This document shows, piece after piece, positions 58,193 through 64,000 of a DNA stretch of 64,000 nt. Every line of letters begins with the position of its first letter. Within the stretch, counting starts at the first letter, position 1. The DNA lies in the IMG/VR virus record IMGVR_UViG_3300025141_000034, positions 61,025-125,024 of that record. One strand, 5' to 3'. Source of the DNA: a virus. Under the pieces are notes generated by a model. It ran no database searches and was not told the DNA's origin. It worked only from the letters and a program-made list of their open reading frames with translations. The position numbers and the translations under genes are program-made.

Positions 58193-61100
58193 ATGACAGC
58201 CGTTAGAGTTACTGAATCCACCGGCTCTGTTGGATCTATTCAAATCGCTGACGGCTATGGGAGCTTTCTATCTGGGACACTGAAGGCTGGGGACAATATC
58301 ACAATAGCAGATATGGGATCAGGATCTTTTGCAATATCAGCATCGATATCAGCAGGATCTACAATCGGTACTGCAGAAGATAGTGACTATTCTGATGGTC
58401 TCTTTTCCAGCTTTACTTCTTCAACAGAAATAGGGACAGCCATTGATAAATTTAATGAAGTGCTTAAAGCGCTTGCACCTGATCCGGGTCCAGATTTAGA
58501 TGATATAAGCTCTAAAAATACTGGAACAACTTCAATTCTTTCTTTTGGATCGAGCAATAATCAAGCCTCTGGATCTCCTGCATATATTAGTGTCTCAACT
58601 TCTGCTGGTCTTTCTGCTGTTGATGTAAACGGATCTTATACAGTAACAACTAGTAGCAATAATATACGGCTTGGAGTTTTTGACGGTGATACACATGTAA
58701 GCGGTGTTTTAAATGCTGACGTAGGATCCAATAGCCAGGGAAATAGCGTACAGAATTATCCTGAATTTTCTTTTGGAAATGGTGAAACAGGTGTTCTCCG
58801 ACTTGAGGTTAACGGCTCTACAATTAAGGAGATCGATCTAACTACGGCAATTATTGGAAGCGGTACGTCAGGGATAGGAACAGGATCATACCTTGATTCA
58901 GACGGTTCGGGCTTTAATTTTTTCTCTACTGAGTCAACAGGAACACTTTCAAATGGAAACTCTTTTGCATCCTTTAAGCATAGAACTGGTCAATTTGTTG
59001 TAGCGTCAGGAAGCCAGAGGCGCGGGTGGAACTACACTAGAGTTTCACATGTCATGACCGGAACGACATCAAATACAAACTACGTTGAGTGGGTTAATGA
59101 TGATAACGCTAATTCACTGGCTGCAGCAGGAAATGAATTATCTTTCGTAGGCTCTGGTAGCATTCATCTATCTGGAATTGAATATTTTCAAAGTGGTACT
59201 GCTACGTATGCTGCTAGAGTTACGAACGCATACAAGTATGTTTATGATAATACTGACATAACTTTTACAACTTCAAATAGCGCCGCAGCAAGTTCAAGCC
59301 CATCATTCTCAATAAGCGCACAGTCAAAGCCCACGATAGGCGGAAGTGAAACACATACCAAGGTTCTTCACATAACTGGATCTGGAGCTGTAACTTCAAA
59401 TTATTTTATAAGTGGATCACTAACAGCAGGTATCAACGTCACACACCCACTTAAGTCTAATCTTTCAAACAGCGGTCAAGCGTCAGCGACAGGGATATTG
59501 ATGTATAACTTATCAAATACATCAACAGCCCAATCAGAAACCCTTAGGAGAGAAGACTATAGAATCATTAGCGGTGCATATAGCACTCAGGCTTCTTTGA
59601 CTGATGCTTCAAACAATTGGGACTCTGAGAAGCACATAACTGGATCTAACGGAGGTCATAGTAACGGGTTACAGGTCTATAATTCTAGACTTTACTCTCC
59701 GACTAGTACACTAAGATCAGGTGACTTTAGAGACTCTTCAGAGAGTGGAAAGCTAGATAATTCTCCGCCGGGAAATCCAAACTATTCTGGTGAATCTGGA
59801 CAGAGAACATTCTATAGATGGTTTAAAAATGAAACTGGATCGACAAAGTATGATCTAACGATTGCAATTAACGGATCAGGAACAACAATTGTCACACCTG
59901 CGACAGCACTTAATAGTGGAAGAATTAGAGTTTTTGTCAAGTTTCCATCTGATGGAACAAGGGAGACTGGGTGGCTTGATCTAGCAACTGAGTTTGTACT
60001 TGATTCCTATGATGATAATGATGGTGCGCATACAGCGAATGGCGGCTTAAGCTTTGATAGCAGCTTAAATGCTACAAACTATGTTACCCTTGGTACAGTT
60101 GGGATCGGAGATGATGAATACATTGGATTGAGAATTGAAGCAGATACAGCCTGGACAGGCTACATAAGTCAAGTTACTGTAACGTTTGGTGCGGGAACAG
60201 GAACAATAGCTGCAGTTCCAGACCTAGACGACATTGACTGCAATGACGATGGAACAGATTGCAATCTTTCCTTTGGATCTTCAAAGTCAATATCAGGATA
60301 TACTGATGTAGGAACAGCTGCAGGATTTTCTGCTACAGATGTTAATGGTAAATATCAAACCGCTGCTTCTTCAAATAACTTAAGAAGATCTGTCTTTGCT
60401 CTTGATACAATTATTGAAGGTGATTTAAATGAGGATGTTTCTGCAAACTCTCCTGACTATGTTGCAAATTCATTCTCTGATGCAAACAGCGGCTCATTAA
60501 AGCTTGAGGTAAATGGGTCTGTTATTCACACAGTTGAAATAACTGGATCATATAATCTAGTAGGCGCTGGAGAACCCGGATCTGGCACAGGAACATCTTT
60601 GAACAGTAATAGCTCAGGATTTTTCGACCTGAGTGTCTGGAGGCCTGCAGAGTGGGATAATGAAGTTCCCTATTATCCTGAGACACATAGAACAGGAAAG
60701 TGGAGAGTTAGAACAGCTGATCAGAGAAACGGATGGAACTATGCAAGAGTGATCCACACTGTGGGAGGAAGCGATAGAGAGACAAATTATGTTGAATGGG
60801 TAAATGACAGTAATTCAAATGCACTAAGCGCTGACGGATTGATTCTACAGCCCTTTGGAGATGATAGTTTATTTTACCTAAGCGGTGTAAAGTATTTTGT
60901 TGAGCCAAGCGGAAGTATTGAAGTCAGGGTGTCAAATCTCTATAAAAATGTTTATTCAGATAGCAATTCAGCAGTATCGTTTACAAATTTGACAAATGCA
61001 ACAGGTGAAAAGATTATTCAGGCAGGAACTGGACTTTCATCGACAAAGTCAACTAGCTCATCTACAGACAGTCTTCAAACGCTAAGCACATCTGCAAATT

Positions 61101-61978
61101 CTCAAAATGATGACGCGAACGTCACTGGATCCATTCAATTTTCACGATCATCATCTCTAAGCGGATCCTTTTCAACTGCATATAGTGCTTCTGGGTCTCT
61201 TGTCTTTGATCACCCGCTTAAGACAAATTTAACAACATCTGTTGTGACATCATCAATTCTTCATGTTTATTCTGCAAGCGATAATTCAAATGCAAACACT
61301 ACAGAGTATTTTAACGGAGAGGTATTCAGAATTCAGAGCGGAAGCTTTCCTACACAGGCAAGTGTTACATCTACTTCTTATAACTGGTCATCTACAGGTT
61401 CGATAAATGATAATAGCAATTTTTCTGGATACTATACAGGCCTCATGCTCTATGATGGAAAGTTAATAAGCCCACTAAAGGGCGGAAATAGTGGAGACTT
61501 TAGGAGATATAGTGAGGGAGGAGTTTTAGATGGACCGGTTAGTAATGTAAATTATAGCTCACTTGGTGTTTCAACTAGAGAATACTATAGAGGATTTTTA
61601 AATAATACTACAAATGATAGGCCCAGCGTGACAATTGTAGTATACGGAGATGCTACAATTGTAGGAAAAACAGGTGCAAATGCTGCATCCCTTGGTGCTA
61701 ATAAGAATATTTTTGTTGAAGTCAACATTCCCGCAAAGACAGCATTTTTAGATTTAGGAAAGCCATCCGCAGGGGCAGGAAATACTAGTGCAGGAGATGG
61801 ATGTCTAAGTGGAGATCTTGATGCAACTGTTGATGGAGGAGGTGCATCAAATACATGCACATTTAATGGGTCTACTGTAGATGGAACTGTCTCTGGTGCA
61901 GAATATCTTGTGATAAAGATATCTTCTCATAAAAGCTGGACTGGGTACGTTTCACAGGTAAGCGTGAGCTGGAGCTAG
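58193..61978 (+). CDS. Large Ser/Thr/Gly-rich virion protein made of two ~576-aa repeats
   Basis: PDLDDI...LSFGSS, RxGWNYxRV, TNYVEWVND, WTGY(I/V)SQV each occur twice. Confidence 0.7.
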   Translation: MTAVRVTESTGSVGSIQIADGYGSFLSGTLKAGDNITIADMGSGSFAISASISAGSTIGTAEDSDYSDGLFSSFTSSTEIGTAIDKFNEVLKALAPDPGPDLDDISSKNTGTTSILSFGSSNNQASGSPAYISVSTSAGLSAVDVNGSYTVTTSSNNIRLGVFDGDTHVSGVLNADVGSNSQGNSVQNYPEFSFGNGETGVLRLEVNGSTIKEIDLTTAIIGSGTSGIGTGSYLDSDGSGFNFFSTESTGTLSNGNSFASFKHRTGQFVVASGSQRRGWNYTRVSHVMTGTTSNTNYVEWVNDDNANSLAAAGNELSFVGSGSIHLSGIEYFQSGTATYAARVTNAYKYVYDNTDITFTTSNSAAASSSPSFSISAQSKPTIGGSETHTKVLHITGSGAVTSNYFISGSLTAGINVTHPLKSNLSNSGQASATGILMYNLSNTSTAQSETLRREDYRIISGAYSTQASLTDASNNWDSEKHITGSNGGHSNGLQVYNSRLYSPTSTLRSGDFRDSSESGKLDNSPPGNPNYSGESGQRTFYRWFKNETGSTKYDLTIAINGSGTTIVTPATALNSGRIRVFVKFPSDGTRETGWLDLATEFVLDSYDDNDGAHTANGGLSFDSSLNATNYVTLGTVGIGDDEYIGLRIEADTAWTGYISQVTVTFGAGTGTIAAVPDLDDIDCNDDGTDCNLSFGSSKSISGYTDVGTAAGFSATDVNGKYQTAASSNNLRRSVFALDTIIEGDLNEDVSANSPDYVANSFSDANSGSLKLEVNGSVIHTVEITGSYNLVGAGEPGSGTGTSLNSNSSGFFDLSVWRPAEWDNEVPYYPETHRTGKWRVRTADQRNGWNYARVIHTVGGSDRETNYVEWVNDSNSNALSADGLILQPFGDDSLFYLSGVKYFVEPSGSIEVRVSNLYKNVYSDSNSAVSFTNLTNATGEKIIQAGTGLSSTKSTSSSTDSLQTLSTSANSQNDDANVTGSIQFSRSSSLSGSFSTAYSASGSLVFDHPLKTNLTTSVVTSSILHVYSASDNSNANTTEYFNGEVFRIQSGSFPTQASVTSTSYNWSSTGSINDNSNFSGYYTGLMLYDGKLISPLKGGNSGDFRRYSEGGVLDGPVSNVNYSSLGVSTREYYRGFLNNTTNDRPSVTIVVYGDATIVGKTGANAASLGANKNIFVEVNIPAKTAFLDLGKPSAGAGNTSAGDGCLSGDLDATVDGGGASNTCTFNGSTVDGTVSGAEYLVIKISSHKSWTGYVSQVSVSWS

Positions 61979-61979
61979 A

Positions 61980-63224
61980 ATGGCAGGAAAAAGTAATACT
62001 TCAGCAACATTTTTTGCACAGAAGAAGCTTCTTGGAAAGGCTCACACGTCAAACCTTAAAGTTGACGGTGAAGAAGTTATTGGATCCAATATCCAGGCTG
62101 CATCAACTCTTATATTTGGAGAAGATATACCAACTGGCCCAAGTCAGACGCTTTACCTTATTCAAAGTGCTTCAAATGGAGGAGCTGCAACTGTTGAATA
62201 TATTCAGTTTGTTCTCACAGCCCTAACAGGCACAACGTACGACGCTGACTCTTCTGGCGGCGGTGCAGGATCAGACTCAGGTGAATCTTCTCAGTCATCT
62301 GGCCCTCACTGCTATAAGTTCGTAATGCCTTCTGACTATACGTCTAACTCTAGTAACGCTAGGGAGGGAAATGGAACATTTAATAATAATAAGATTGTTC
62401 ACGAAACCCTCGGTGCACTTCAGCTAATTCCCCCATTCTTTTCACAGGATTCGCCTAATCCGTATATAGTGAAAATTTTCGAGGATGACGGTGGTGACGC
62501 TGGTGATGAGATTCCCCTTTTGGATAATATTGACTGGAATGTAGACTACTACAATGGTGTTTTATTCTTACAGGATTACGATTCAGGGAAGATACCTGCA
62601 CATGCAAAAGCTTTTGCGTATGTTGGAAAAATGCTTGATGAAGTTGTTTCTAGCGGAAGTAGTGGAGGAGGAGGAGACGGAGATCCAAATGCTACATACC
62701 TTGTTAAGACGGCAACAGGATCACTTAGTGCAGAGAGGGCTTTAGTTGCAGGAACAGGATTAAACTCAGCAGACGCTGGTGCAAATGGTAATTTCACACT
62801 ATCTGTAAATAATTCTGTTGTTGCAACACTTACTGGTTCAATATTTTCTGGTCCTGTGAAAGCTTCTCAGATAACGGGATCCCTTACACGTCTTACTAAT
62901 GGGACTTCATATATGTCTGCTGGGTCTGATATAACTGTAGCATCGTCTTCAGCTGGGCAAATAACCGTAACATCTACTGCACAGGATCAGAGAAAAAAAT
63001 TCCTATATGAAGTTACAGGATCCCATCAGTCATCTGGTAGATTAGAAATACCATCTGTAAATTTCTCTAATGTAGAATATAATCCCAATAGAATTGACAT
63101 ATTTGTAAATGGTCAGATGATGAGTTCTGGATCTGGGAATGACTATTCTCTCCCACACACAGGGTCTATTAAATTTACCTTTGACCTAATTTTAGGAGAC
63201 ATTGTCACAATTAGGACTTACTAA
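61980..63224 (+). CDS. Virion/tail-fibre-associated protein
   Basis: S/G/T-rich; WNVDYYNGVL; C-terminal IDIFVNGQ...DY...GD.V.IR beta domain. Confidence 0.6.
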   Translation: MAGKSNTSATFFAQKKLLGKAHTSNLKVDGEEVIGSNIQAASTLIFGEDIPTGPSQTLYLIQSASNGGAATVEYIQFVLTALTGTTYDADSSGGGAGSDSGESSQSSGPHCYKFVMPSDYTSNSSNAREGNGTFNNNKIVHETLGALQLIPPFFSQDSPNPYIVKIFEDDGGDAGDEIPLLDNIDWNVDYYNGVLFLQDYDSGKIPAHAKAFAYVGKMLDEVVSSGSSGGGGDGDPNATYLVKTATGSLSAERALVAGTGLNSADAGANGNFTLSVNNSVVATLTGSIFSGPVKASQITGSLTRLTNGTSYMSAGSDITVASSSAGQITVTSTAQDQRKKFLYEVTGSHQSSGRLEIPSVNFSNVEYNPNRIDIFVNGQMMSSGSGNDYSLPHTGSIKFTFDLILGDIVTIRTY

Positions 63225-63320
63225 GCGGTGACATCAAAAATCTTATAAAGTTTCTTCATTTTATAAATTAATTCGTATTCACAGTTTTTTTTGATACTTA
63301 TGACTAGAGCTACACCAGCC

Positions 63321-63560
63321 ATGGAATCTAGTCAAAAAATGAAAGAATATTCTACTCCAGACCTATCTCTTGCTGCCTTTTTATTAATGAGGGGTATCAA
63401 GCTAATAGGTGCAGAAAGGCTATCAAGTGGAAAATTTAATTTTACATTTAGTGATCCCGACAATAGATGCGGGATTTTAGCTTTAGAGTTTCTGAACTCG
63501 GAATTTTCTGATTATGATAATCATATTAGAAACCTCAAGAAGGTGATATATAGTAAGTGA
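63321..63560 (+). CDS. Small DUF5659-like protein
   Basis: YSTPDLSLAAFLL...KFNFTF pattern; ATACTTA at 63294. Confidence 0.55.
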   Translation: MESSQKMKEYSTPDLSLAAFLLMRGIKLIGAERLSSGKFNFTFSDPDNRCGILALEFLNSEFSDYDNHIRNLKKVIYSK

Positions 63561-63585
63561 GGCAAAGGTCTCACAGTTAAATTTC

Positions 63586-63710
63586 TTCCTTTGTTAAAGA
63601 CAGCATACGTTAATTTGATTAAATTTTGTTGTTAAGGATTTTGTTAGATTTTTAATCTAACGTCACACAATGTGACCTAGATTACGCCAATAATCTATAA
63701 AACAAAGGAA
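63586..63710 (+). ncRNA. Candidate multi-stem cis-regulatory RNA
   Basis: Three abutting perfect hairpins enclosed by a 10-bp stem that includes the downstream SD. Confidence 0.4.
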
Positions 63711-63719
63711 AAATAAATA

Positions 63720-64000
63720 ATGGCTAATAAAACACAAATTAGGGTAACTCAGCTTTCAGGATCAATTCCGGGAGATACTGAGTCAGCAGCTGCATCAACC
63801 GGCCTAGCTCTCTCAGACCTCGGTGATATTCTTGATCACATGGCCTCCTCTATTAAAAGAATGCACGGTGCAGCTACTTTCACAGCTAACGCATCGGGTT
63901 CATTCTCAACAAACATCTACCCAGCTTCAGATGACGGAGCTGCTCTAGGTTTCACTGATAAGAACTGGTCAGATCTCTATCTTGCTGATGGAGCTGTCAT
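63720..64000 (+). CDS. Start of a tail-fibre-like virion protein (runs off the window)
   Basis: ATG 63720 with AAGGA SD; open to the end (MANKTQIRVTQLSGS...IYPASDDGAALG...NWSDLYL). Confidence 0.7.
   Translation, partial: MANKTQIRVTQLSGSIPGDTESAAASTGLALSDLGDILDHMASSIKRMHGAATFTANASGSFSTNIYPASDDGAALGFTDKNWSDLYLADGAV

Noticed and set aside
245-62797. Numerous short minus-strand and alternate-frame ORFs (e.g. 17196-17618, 35813-36439)
   Set aside because: They are fully overlapped by well-supported + strand genes and show no recognisable motifs.
63640-63710. tRNA gene suggested by the three-hairpin arrangement
   Set aside because: No T-loop (TTC) or D-loop consensus, wrong loop sizes and no 7-bp acceptor stem.

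Overview
A 64-kb segment of a large, probably uncultivated, T4-like contractile-tailed (jumbo-type) bacteriophage genome. Every credible gene is on the + strand, densely packed, in the standard genetic code. Gene order: end of a large virion gene, RuvC-like resolvase, primase, Mre11-Rad50 fusion, head module (terminase, portal, gp21-type protease, core proteins, scaffold, gp23-type major capsid protein), a sulfotransferase, a decoration-like protein and a tubulin/FtsZ-family gene, neck genes, two tail sheaths, tail tube, chaperone pair, tape measure and baseplate genes, a replication module (minimal family-A polymerase, HD protein, gp32 SSB, RecA, 5'-3' exonuclease, helicase, class II RNR), ClpP, amidase, thioesterase and more large virion/fibre genes. 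Most notable unexplained structure: (1) a shared amphipathic 'LRxxIxE' peptide on many unrelated late proteins (candidate capsid-targeting/gp21 cleavage signal); (2) a recurring [S/T]-G-S tripeptide in external virion proteins (candidate modification sequon, with a sulfotransferase next to the capsid gene); (3) two probable programmed frameshifts; (4) two promoter classes (sigma70-like, often leaderless; and an ATANTTA late motif); (5) nested in-frame starts; (6) candidate structured RNA leaders, including a pseudoknot. All protein calls come from motif recognition by eye; no database searches were run.
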